Assembly (NCBI GenBank): GCA_900552085.1
Contig: URYB01000001.1
Span: 1-60,413, forward strand
Direction: 5' to 3'
DNA: 60,413 bases
From: an uncultured Lachnobacterium sp.
Lineage (GTDB): Bacteria > Bacillota > Clostridia > Lachnospirales > Lachnospiraceae
A program made the translations under genes and the position numbers. Positions 19,388 through 27,572 of the stretch are shown here, in pieces; the stretch's first letter is position 1; every line of letters starts with the position of its first letter. The notes under the pieces were generated by a model, which saw nothing but the letters and a program-made list of their open reading frames with translations, was not told the origin of the DNA and did no database searches.

Positions 19388-20606
19388 GCATAATCCCTTC
19401 CCTGATTGCTATATCCTCCAGACCTGACATTATAAGTTTGTTTGTACACTTCAATTTTTCCATCGCAACAAGCGCGCTTTTATCCCCATCCTGTTGCAGC
19501 TGATACAGCGGAGACAACAATATTTCCCCATCACGGAACCCGGTCACCTCGGTGATCTCAAGAACCTTCCGGCTGCGATCCGGTAATCTTCCAAGGTGCA
19601 CAATAACATCAATTCCTGATGCGATCTGCTGCCGGATTGCCTGCAATGGTAAATCCATTCCCATCAGCACCATCATTTCCAAACGGCTTAAAATATCACG
19701 GCTGGAATTTCCATGCGCCGTTGAAAGTCCCCCATCATGGCCAGTATTTAAAGCCTGCAACATATCAAAAGCCTCTGCCCCCCGGCACTCTCCAACAATA
19801 ATCCGGTCGGGGCGCATACGTAACGCACTCCGTATCAGATCTCGAATCGTCACCGGCATAACACCTTCCATATTTGCGTTCCGAGTCTCCAGACGCACAA
19901 GGTTATGGATTCCCTGTATCTGCAACTCTGCAGAATCTTCAATTGTAATTACTCTTTCATCCTCTGGGATATATTGCGATAATGCATTAAGAAATGTTGT
20001 TTTGCCGGAACTTGTCCCTCCGGAAATCAACAGACTGTATTTTGCCTGTACCAGATATTTAAGGAAATCAGCAGCTTCTTTTGAAATAGCCCCTTTTTCA
20101 ATCAATGTCTCCATATCCAGCGGATGTTCCGGAAATTTACGTATTGTAATTGCCGAACCATCCAGTGAAATTGGCGATAAGACAATATTTACACGGGAAC
20201 CATCACTCAAACGTGTATCCACAATGGGATTGGACAAATTGACCACTCGATTATGCCTGCCTACGATCTGCTGGATAATATCCTGCATCTTCTCTTCACT
20301 GGCAAAACTCTGCTCCCATTTATGAACACACCCAAATTTCTCGTAAAAAATATTCTGTGGTCCATTCACCATAATCTCGGATACTTCCGGGTCGTCCACC
20401 AGATCCTGTAACGCATCCAATTTTCGCAGTGAGTTGAAAACCTGTTGTTCGATCCGCACTCTTTCCCGGAGGGAAATAATCATTCCCTGTAACATCTGTG
20501 CCGTCTCTTCCGCTATAAATTCTTCGATCTCCTCATCGAGCATATCGCGGGACAGATCCATTCTTTGAAGGACCCTGGCTCTGATCTGGCTTATGTACTC
20601 ATCCAA
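19368..20606 (-). CDS. cpaF: CpaF/TadA pilus assembly ATPase
   Basis: GGTSSGKTT, IEDSAEL, LRMRPDRIIVGE and NTGHDG motifs. Confidence 0.93.
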   Translation of the reverse strand: MDEYISQIRARVLQRMDLSRDMLDEEIEEFIAEETAQMLQGMIISLRERVRIEQQVFNSLRKLDALQDLVDDPEVSEIMVNGPQNIFYEKFGCVHKWEQSFASEEKMQDIIQQIVGRHNRVVNLSNPIVDTRLSDGSRVNIVLSPISLDGSAITIRKFPEHPLDMETLIEKGAISKEAADFLKYLVQAKYSLLISGGTSSGKTTFLNALSQYIPEDERVITIEDSAELQIQGIHNLVRLETRNANMEGVMPVTIRDLIRSALRMRPDRIIVGECRGAEAFDMLQALNTGHDGGLSTAHGNSSRDILSRLEMMVLMGMDLPLQAIRQQIASGIDVIVHLGRLPDRSRKVLEITEVTGFRDGEILLSPLYQLQQDGDKSALVAMEKLKCTNKLIMSGLEDIAIREGIMHGLQTV

Positions 20607-21612
20607 CAGATCTCACCCCCGGCATCAGATTTCGAATCCGGTCCCCGAACTCATTCCATTTCCATTGTTCCACAAGACGCTCACAGGATACGACCGGTGC
20701 TGCCATCAAAGGAATTTCCACACTCTGAATTTTCTGCCGAACCCGTTCTAACTCTCTCTGGTCAAGTTCCTCATAAAATTCCTTTTCTCTCCATTGTCCA
20801 ATCCCTCCCCGGCTTTTCATAAGATAAATCTCCTGACAAATGCCAAGTGTCTCGAAAAATCCGACAAAGCGTGTTCCAAAATTTAAAACAATCGTCTCAT
20901 ACCCCATTTCTTTTGCAAGGATATGAAATAATTTCTGATAGGTTTTCATCTGTGCTTCACATAGACATTCGGTATTGTACACCGGATAGGCTACATCGAT
21001 ATTTTCCAGGTGAGAGATGCAGGAAACCAAACGGTTCGTAGCATATCTTCCCTTCTCTGCCATCACCAGCAATTCCTCCAAACCCATTCTGCAATCTGCT
21101 CCCACCAATTGTGAGATTCCACTGTTCTCCTGCAGATCCAATAACAAAACCTTTTCCTGTTCCCCGACCAGTGTTGCGAGCGTAACCGCAAATGGAAGCT
21201 GATATTCATTCTCTGCAAGAGAATATACCCCTAAAATCTGTGCTTTTCCCGGCAGGCGATCTCCTTGACAGACACATTGTATTTCTTCGCCCACCTGTTT
21301 TAATATTTCGTCCACAATACGATTTACTTCCTGATATCGTTCCACCCAATACACGCCTCCTTCCTCTTGCTTTTCTGTATCTTCTTTGCTGTCATACAGG
21401 CATACCACTGGATTTTCCCCACCCCAGCTTTCTGCATTTTTCACATCATCCATCAACACGATATCATAAGATTTCCTGTCCCTCTTTAATTCCGCATTCT
21501 CTGAATAAATATGCAGTTCTACCTGTTCCTGATAATGATTCATTATGCAGTTCGTAAATCGTAAACTGTATTCACTGTCCCCAATGCAAAGTCCTAAACG
21601 AACTTTCTTCAT
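20599..21612 (-). CDS. CpaE/TadZ-like protein (receiver-like domain plus degenerate ParA domain)
   Basis: Directly upstream of cpaF; ILGVYS...KVLLLDL ParA-like fold lacking the Walker A GKT. Confidence 0.6.
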   Translation of the reverse strand: MKKVRLGLCIGDSEYSLRFTNCIMNHYQEQVELHIYSENAELKRDRKSYDIVLMDDVKNAESWGGENPVVCLYDSKEDTEKQEEGGVYWVERYQEVNRIVDEILKQVGEEIQCVCQGDRLPGKAQILGVYSLAENEYQLPFAVTLATLVGEQEKVLLLDLQENSGISQLVGADCRMGLEELLVMAEKGRYATNRLVSCISHLENIDVAYPVYNTECLCEAQMKTYQKLFHILAKEMGYETIVLNFGTRFVGFFETLGICQEIYLMKSRGGIGQWREKEFYEELDQRELERVRQKIQSVEIPLMAAPVVSCERLVEQWKWNEFGDRIRNLMPGVRSVG

Positions 21613-21637
21613 AGCTTCTCCTTTCCAACTGTATCTG

Positions 21638-22162
21638 CTACATATACATGCGAACTCTCACAACCATGAACCCCAAAAGAATTGCCACCGAAAAATGTAT
21701 CAGGTTTTCTTTCTGAGCCATACTTTTTCGATACGACATAAAATTTCCATGTAAGAGTTCCCGAATAAACACACTGCCTTTGAATAAACTGAACTGCAAA
21801 TTGCGATTATACAACATCTTCCCAACAGAGATAATCGCTCCCACCAGCAATGCAGCAAGTATACAGTCTGTCAACGTTTTAAAATTTGTAAATCCACCTA
21901 TTACGGAAAAAAGTTTGATGTCCCCGGCTCCCAAAATACCGAGAACGTATAAAAGATATAAAATGATAACCGGAAATGATATATTCCAAAGAATATAGAT
22001 GATCTGTGGTACTCCGCCTATTGATATACCAAATGCGATCGAACAAAACAGTCCCATGAGAATCAGCCGGTTACTGATCTTCATGCACATAAAATCCTGA
22101 ATCACTGCAGTAAATAAAATCATGTACAGTGTCAGTATGGATGCTGTCTGCATCTCATTCAA
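21638..22162 (-). CDS. A24 prepilin peptidase (CpaA/TadV-like)
   Basis: QDFMCMKISN and LGAGDIKL catalytic motifs. Confidence 0.85.
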   Translation of the reverse strand: MNEMQTASILTLYMILFTAVIQDFMCMKISNRLILMGLFCSIAFGISIGGVPQIIYILWNISFPVIILYLLYVLGILGAGDIKLFSVIGGFTNFKTLTDCILAALLVGAIISVGKMLYNRNLQFSLFKGSVFIRELLHGNFMSYRKSMAQKENLIHFSVAILLGFMVVRVRMYM

Positions 22163-22191
22163 ATTGCATCACCTCTTTTGTTGTAAGTCGG

Positions 22192-22220
22192 ATTATAGCA
22201 ATGACTATTTTATTTGTCAA
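22192..22220 (-). promoter_or_regulatory. Consensus SigA promoter for the tad operon
   Basis: TTGACA-17 bp-TATAAT with extended TG on the minus strand. Confidence 0.75.
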
Positions 22221-22308
22221 GAAAAAATTTTTATAAATATTTTTTTGTATAACTTTTCCATTTTTGCTTATACTTGTAAAAAGGGCATTTAGGAAAGCAG
22301 GTGATTTT

Positions 22309-22542
22309 TTGAAACTTTTTAAGGCAACACCCGAACCCCCGAGCGGTTATGACATGCTGATCGACAGCCTCCACCAGACAAGCGCCGATTTACAAATTGT
22401 ATATGAAAATCTACAAAATGTAGTAGAGCCTGATTTGATTGACTACTATATCTACCAGGCAAAAGCCGTCCAGATGCGATACAAATTTTTGCTTGGATGT
22501 GTAAAAAAATTAGAGGATTCTTACACGAAGAATCCTCTCTGA
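22309..22542 (+). CDS. YaaL/DUF2508 family protein
   Basis: VVEPDLIDYYIYQAKAVQMRYKFL; TTG start after gcaggtg. Confidence 0.75.
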   Translation: MKLFKATPEPPSGYDMLIDSLHQTSADLQIVYENLQNVVEPDLIDYYIYQAKAVQMRYKFLLGCVKKLEDSYTKNPL

Positions 22543-22994
22543 TCATCATCCATATAATTTTCGTTTAACGAGGCGCGACCATACGTCATACCTGCATAAA
22601 CCTGCTGCGTATTACGCATCAATGGTTCGCTGGTGTCCTGTCTGGCAACTTCCACGAAGGAGCCATACAGGCGTCGCAGAATTTTTTCTGCTTCCATCAA
22701 TCCATCCAACCGGTTTTCATACATGGTGCGTGCAAGCTGGTTTTTGCAAAACACATAAAGTGAATGCAGATTTTTTGACAATGGATACGCAAAATTCAGA
22801 CTGTGAATCAGCTCATCCAACACATTCTGCGCTCTGCGGATTGCCACTTTCATCTGTTCGTGACTGTCCGTTTCATAAGCCTCCTTTGCATCATCGAGAT
22901 ATGCAAACAGAATATCATAAATGATCACAATCATTTCCCCTGCATTACATTGACTGAGACGCCGGGTAAAGTCCTGTTTTAACTCGTTTTTCAT
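22521..22994 (-). CDS. fliS: Flagellar export chaperone FliS
   Basis: AQNVLDELIHSL..LSKNLHSLYVF; directly downstream of flagellin. Confidence 0.8.
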   Translation of the reverse strand: MKNELKQDFTRRLSQCNAGEMIVIIYDILFAYLDDAKEAYETDSHEQMKVAIRRAQNVLDELIHSLNFAYPLSKNLHSLYVFCKNQLARTMYENRLDGLMEAEKILRRLYGSFVEVARQDTSEPLMRNTQQVYAGMTYGRASLNENYMDDDQRGFFV

Positions 22995-23011
22995 TCTTTT
23001 TCAGCCTCCAA

Positions 23012-24403
23012 TTACTGCAAAAGTGAAAGTACCTGCTGCGGCAGATCATTCGCCTGTGACAATACAGAAATGGATGCCTGCTCAAGTACATTACGCTGGG
23101 TAAATTCGGTCATTTCCTCTGCCATATCCGTGTCAAGAATGTTCGAATATGCAGCGGTCAGATCTTCCTGTGTCTCTGCCAGACTGTTCTGCGCATACTG
23201 CAGACGATTGGTAAAAGCACCGATTCTTGAACGTACATCACTAAGTTTCGCAATCGCATCATCCAACGTACGCATACCATTTTCCGGTCCATTGGAAACT
23301 GTTACATCAACGGTATCAAGATACAGGCTTTCAGTCGAAATTTCCGGAATACGAATATCCACATCCTGATACTGATTGGCACCAATCTGAATTGACATGG
23401 CACCGATGTCCGTCACATCAATCGAAACATCCTGCTGTGCATTTTCCTTCAGCTTGAAATCCATTGAAAAACCACCGATATCTGTCACCTTAATACGTGT
23501 TCCATCTGCAGAAACCGTTGTCGTCTTTGAAAATCCTATACCATCAACAAGTGATACCTGTGCGTCCGTGCCAACTTTATTAAGTGTATAATTTCCTGTT
23601 TTTTGATCATATTTTGCATCTGCATCCTGACTCATTCCAATATCTTCTGCAAATTCTTTTCCCATCGAAACCTTAATTGCCTGACTAGATCCATACTCGA
23701 CAGTTGTAATTGTATAACCACCATTGGCATTTCGCTCTGCGGTACAACCGGCCTGTTCTGCGGATTTACGCAATTGCTCGAAAAAAGCATCCTCCGACAT
23801 TCCCTTGGTATAATGTACCCCCACGCCATTGATGGTGATATCTCCGTCCAGGTTTCCGGTCGGCTGTGGAATATCATACGTGGCAGACTCTGCTTCCTGG
23901 TCTACATGCAGCGTATAAGTTCCCGGTGTTACGCTGTCGGAAACATCCATACGCTCCGCTTCCTTGGAATACACACGCACATCACAGGAACCATCGAGAA
24001 GCGTTTTTGTATTGTATTCTGTATCCGCAGAAATACGGTCTACTTCTTCTTTCAGTTTATCGACCTCTTTTTGAATACTCTCACGTTCACTTTCCGAGTT
24101 CGTTCCGTTTGCCGCCTGCACGCAAAGTTCACGCATTCTCTGCAAAATGCTGCTCACTTCATTTAATGCGCCGTCCGCAATATTAAGTACAGACTCTCCA
24201 TCTGCCGCGTTGGATTCTGCCTGATCCAATGCATCAATCTGTGCTTTCATCTTGTTCGAAATGGCCATACCTGCCGGATTGTCTCCAGCCTTGTTGATCT
24301 TGTAACCACTGGATAAACGTTCCATAGAAGCACTCAGCTTATTTTCCGTCCGAAGCAACTGTCTGTTTGTGATCACTGCGGACATATTACGATTAATCTT
24401 CAT
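23012..24403 (-). CDS. fliC: Flagellin
   Basis: MERLSSGYKINKAGD, LQRMRELCVQAANGT, RSRIGAFTNRL, DTDMAEEM and QANDLPQQVLSLLQ motifs. Confidence 0.95.
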   Translation of the reverse strand: MKINRNMSAVITNRQLLRTENKLSASMERLSSGYKINKAGDNPAGMAISNKMKAQIDALDQAESNAADGESVLNIADGALNEVSSILQRMRELCVQAANGTNSESERESIQKEVDKLKEEVDRISADTEYNTKTLLDGSCDVRVYSKEAERMDVSDSVTPGTYTLHVDQEAESATYDIPQPTGNLDGDITINGVGVHYTKGMSEDAFFEQLRKSAEQAGCTAERNANGGYTITTVEYGSSQAIKVSMGKEFAEDIGMSQDADAKYDQKTGNYTLNKVGTDAQVSLVDGIGFSKTTTVSADGTRIKVTDIGGFSMDFKLKENAQQDVSIDVTDIGAMSIQIGANQYQDVDIRIPEISTESLYLDTVDVTVSNGPENGMRTLDDAIAKLSDVRSRIGAFTNRLQYAQNSLAETQEDLTAAYSNILDTDMAEEMTEFTQRNVLEQASISVLSQANDLPQQVLSLLQ

Positions 24404-24409
24404 AAATTC

Positions 24410-24461
24410 TTACCTTCCGTACAAAATTTGGCTTCCATGCCAGAATTTGACCATCCCTGTC
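24410..24461 (-). promoter_or_regulatory. CsrA-type GGA hairpins in the flagellin 5' UTR
   Basis: Minus strand UUGAC-AGGGAUG-GUCAA, UGGC-AUGGAA-GCCA and UAC-GGAAG-GUA (the last overlaps the RBS). Confidence 0.7.
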
Positions 24462-24477
24462 AATTCATCTATTTGTT

Positions 24478-24504
24478 ATATCGTCTGTTTTTTGTATTTT
24501 TTTA
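24478..24504 (-). promoter_or_regulatory. Sigma28 (SigD/FliA) promoter
   Basis: TAAA-N15-GACGATAT upstream of flagellin. Confidence 0.8.
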
Positions 24505-24593
24505 ACCACATAACACGTATAATTTGCATTTCATGGGAAATCGTATTATAATAGCACCATTAATAAGACAATTTGCAAAGGAGGATTTATCCC

Positions 24594-24803
24594 ATGGCTA
24601 AGGTTACCAAGGATACTATGATTGGAGAACTTCTTCAGATCGACGCAAACATTGCACCTATGCTTTTAAATATCGGCATGCATTGTCTCGGATGCCCATC
24701 TTCACAGATGGAAACTATCGGTGAGGCTGCTATGGTTCACGGAATTGAGCCTGACGATCTGGTGAATGATATTAACGATTTCTTAGAGCATGATTTAGCT
24801 TAA
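24594..24803 (+). CDS. DUF1858 domain protein
   Basis: GMHCLGCPSSQMETIGEAAMVHG; AAGGAGG RBS. Confidence 0.88.
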   Translation: MAKVTKDTMIGELLQIDANIAPMLLNIGMHCLGCPSSQMETIGEAAMVHGIEPDDLVNDINDFLEHDLA

Positions 24804-24844
24804 TAATAAAAAGACTGCACAGTTCGTGCAGTCTTTTTATTATT
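24802..24844. terminator. Bidirectional intrinsic terminator
   Basis: Perfect inverted repeat aataataaaaagactgcac/gtgcagtctttttattatt between convergent genes. Confidence 0.85.
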
Positions 24845-24850
24845 GGGTCA

Positions 24851-25600
24851 TTACAGTTGTGCAATTGTCTTCAGTGCACTCGGTCCTGTAATCCATTTTC
24901 CATGTTCTTCTAAATATGCGCCGGCTGCTGGTGTGTAATTCCTCTGAATTGCATACTCACAGATAATATTGCATACTTTGTTAAATTGCTCGGGCGTGTG
25001 TCCGTCTTTATGAATTACTAAGAAAAAGCGATTCTTGTGCTCATTCTTATACAGGTCATTGCGACCTTCATAATATCCTTCCAACACATGGGCAAGTCTC
25101 TCCACCTGCTCCATATTTACAAATTCAAACATTTTTGTCAGATCAGTTGGAACTTCTGTTGTCTGATTCTTTGTCTGATCTGGTTCGGTTTCTTCCTTTG
25201 CAGCTTCACTCTTCTCGCGAATTTTATTGAAAAGGCCGATGATATCATCCGCACCCTTGTTTTCCACAGTTCCCTGAGTACCGGAAGACTGTGCAAACAT
25301 TTCATCATCATCCAGTTCGGTGAATTTTGAAAAGCGCGTATCCAGTTCCTCAGGATACTCCACTTTTGTAATCACAAGAATAAGAGATTCGGAAGACAAC
25401 GGGATGGCCTCTACCATCAGTGGATTGTCATTTGCCTCAAAGCCAAACTCATAATTGGCCTGCTGTATCATGTCATGGAAAAGCCCCTTTGCTTTCTCAG
25501 AGCCATATGCTAACTCACTCAGATTGATCTGTCTTTCTGCCAGATCCTGCTTCGTTAATGTGCAACGAATCTGATTTTCATTTACTTTTTCAATTTTCAT
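24851..25600 (-). CDS. mecA: ClpC adaptor protein MecA
   Basis: MKIEKVNENQIRCTLT..DLAER N-terminus and AYLEEHG C-terminus; this is the Clp adaptor, not PBP2a. Confidence 0.9.
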   Translation of the reverse strand: MKIEKVNENQIRCTLTKQDLAERQINLSELAYGSEKAKGLFHDMIQQANYEFGFEANDNPLMVEAIPLSSESLILVITKVEYPEELDTRFSKFTELDDDEMFAQSSGTQGTVENKGADDIIGLFNKIREKSEAAKEETEPDQTKNQTTEVPTDLTKMFEFVNMEQVERLAHVLEGYYEGRNDLYKNEHKNRFFLVIHKDGHTPEQFNKVCNIICEYAIQRNYTPAAGAYLEEHGKWITGPSALKTIAQL

Positions 25601-25700
25601 CACAATCACATCCTTACCTTGAAAATCTCTTGTAAATTGTACACTTATTATAATCAAATGATTCTTTGTTGTAAAGTTTGCATGCATTAAAAATTTATAA

Positions 25701-25727
25701 AGTCAAAAAATAATTTTAAAATAATGC
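25701..25727 (+). repeat. 27-bp target site duplication, left copy
   Basis: agtcaaaaaataattttaaaataatgc, identical to 27480-27506. Confidence 0.92.
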
Positions 25728-25769
25728 TGTCAAGCATTTTTGAAAATGTCCCAAAATAATTGAAACATT

Positions 25770-25804
25770 TGCCCCGGCTTTTTTTGCTGGGGCTTTATTT
25801 TTTT
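25770..25804 (+). terminator. Terminator inside the IS left end
   Basis: gccccggc/gctggggc stem (G-U valid on plus) followed by a T-run. Confidence 0.6.
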
Positions 25805-25977
25805 GTGGGCTCTGCCCACACCCGTCCCTCGTCGGGAAGGCAGGGAAAGAAGCTGTTTGCTTCTTTCTTTGCTAGGAGGATATTCCGTGAGCTTTATGTC
25901 AAGAAACTTTCACGGCATATCCTCGTCAGCTAAGCTGACTGCGGTATTCCATGTTTTCTTGACAACAGCTCCGCTCC

Positions 25978-27402
25978 CTATGCTGGTATGATTCTATCAT
26001 CTTGCCAATGATGTTCTTGCTGTTTGACAAACTTTCCGAATTGCTGTCTTCGCCACGGATGATTCATTGGAGGTATGTAAGTCTTTTTGGGTTTAGGTGG
26101 AGTGTAGTCTATATCTATATCCTTTGATTTTGTTTCGTGTTCGGGTATTTCTTCAAGGGCATAAATATCTTTATCATTTATACTACAGTATTTGTTACCA
26201 TTAAATGCCTGAATAAACATCACCTTGGTTCCTTTACGATAATGGACCTGCAAACCTTTACTATCAAGCATTCGATAGTATTTGTTGGAATGTCTTAGGC
26301 AGTGGCCTGTATCTACAGTTCTTTCACATAGAACTGCAAGAATTAAGTTTATTTTTTCATTTTCTGGTTGCTCTTCGAACACAGACTTGATACCATTAAG
26401 AGGAAGCGAGAACTTCTCATTGAATTCTTTTATGTAGGAGTTTAAGAATTCATTGGCAGCGTCTATGGTCGTTACGCCTGCAAGTCTTAGTTCGATTGGC
26501 AGGCGCGACTGTAGCGTCTGATTTAAGCGTTCTACACGTCCTTTTGCTTGTGGTACACTGCTTGCTTCAAGTTCAACACCAAGCTGCTTACAAGCATAAG
26601 CAAACTGTGTATATGTATCCTCATCGATTGATGGGGAATTTTTCTTTTTATAGGTGAATACTGTACGGCGGTCCGTGAAGAACTTGTATGGAATTCCGTA
26701 TGTTGTAAGTATCTGATGAAATACATGGTAATAGCCATTTAGTGTTTCCTGGGTATCAAACCATCCACCGGTTATTCTTCCTGTTGAATCATCTATAGCC
26801 AGATGCAGGTGCCATATCTGCCCTGGAATCCATTCGTAAGGAGTTGCATCCATTTGTTGTAACTCGCCGAAATAAGCTGCTCTAGGGCGTCGAGAATGAG
26901 CATCTTCAACAGCAACAAGATTAGTCTGAATCTGGTCGGCTTCTTTCTGTGTCTTAACAGCCTTCTTTTTGGCCTTTAACTGTTCTTTAATTCTTTTCTT
27001 TTTGGCTTTAGTAACCTTTGGAGAGAGAATATATTCGGCTTCAAGAATAGTCATAACGGATGAAGGCGAAATGCAAATACCCTCATGCTTTGCTAATAGT
27101 TCAGTGAAGTGCTCAAAGTTAGCGTCATAGTATTTTGTGCGATACAAATCTACGACAAGTTTTCGAGTTACATCAGGGATAGTATTAGCTGGCTTTCTTC
27201 CTCTGTTGCCATGAATAAAATAGGCTTTTCCTTGTTCTCTATAACCTTTAAGCATACGATTAATGTGGCGTACGGTACAATCAAGAGTAATAGCAGCCCT
27301 CTGCTTGTTTGGGTGTGGGTGATCGGCTAATGCTTTAATCACCTCGTACTTCTTTTGTTCATCCATTGATAGTTCTACCTTTCTGATAATAGTCACCTCC
27401 AT
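25978..27402 (-). CDS. ISNCY/IS1202-type DDE transposase (true start uncertain: 27402, 27387 or 27366)
   Basis: HTH N-terminus, HGNRGRKP, GELQQMD, IDD, YKFFTDR and PQAKGRVERLNQTLQSRL motifs. Confidence 0.93.
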   Translation of the reverse strand: MEVTIIRKVELSMDEQKKYEVIKALADHPHPNKQRAAITLDCTVRHINRMLKGYREQGKAYFIHGNRGRKPANTIPDVTRKLVVDLYRTKYYDANFEHFTELLAKHEGICISPSSVMTILEAEYILSPKVTKAKKKRIKEQLKAKKKAVKTQKEADQIQTNLVAVEDAHSRRPRAAYFGELQQMDATPYEWIPGQIWHLHLAIDDSTGRITGGWFDTQETLNGYYHVFHQILTTYGIPYKFFTDRRTVFTYKKKNSPSIDEDTYTQFAYACKQLGVELEASSVPQAKGRVERLNQTLQSRLPIELRLAGVTTIDAANEFLNSYIKEFNEKFSLPLNGIKSVFEEQPENEKINLILAVLCERTVDTGHCLRHSNKYYRMLDSKGLQVHYRKGTKVMFIQAFNGNKYCSINDKDIYALEEIPEHETKSKDIDIDYTPPKPKKTYIPPMNHPWRRQQFGKFVKQQEHHWQDDRIIPA

Positions 27403-27479
27403 CTGTTGATGGAAGTATTATACCACTTTGGGACATTTTCCCTTGTGGTATAATAGGACATTATCAAAAATGGTTCATA

Positions 27480-27506
27480 AGTCAAAAAATAATTTTAAAA
27501 TAATGC
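27480..27506 (+). repeat. 27-bp target site duplication, right copy
   Basis: Identical to 25701-25727. Confidence 0.92.
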
Positions 27507-27535
27507 TTGCTTTTAAAAAACAAGTATGCTATAAG
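27507..27535 (+). promoter_or_regulatory. SigA-like promoter for the kinase operon
   Basis: TTGCTT-17 bp-TATAAG with extended TG. Confidence 0.55.
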
Positions 27536-27572
27536 TTTATGCATGAGATGCGTTTTACCCCCATTAAAACGT

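Larger units (their letters stand above)
25728..27479 (-). mobile_element. IS1202-family (ISNCY) insertion sequence, 1752 bp
   Basis: 24-bp imperfect terminal IRs TGTCAAGCATTTTTGAAAATGTCC / TATGAACCATTTTTGATAATGTCC (20/24), 27-bp flanking direct repeats, single DDE transposase. Confidence 0.92.

Noticed and set aside
19552..20325. Long antisense ORFs over cpaF and other genes (also 39107-39916, 49113-49748, 58091-58768)
   Set aside because: Codon-bias shadows of well-supported genes on the opposite strand
24851..25600. mecA as a methicillin-resistance gene
   Set aside because: The sequence is the ClpC adaptor MecA, not a penicillin-binding protein
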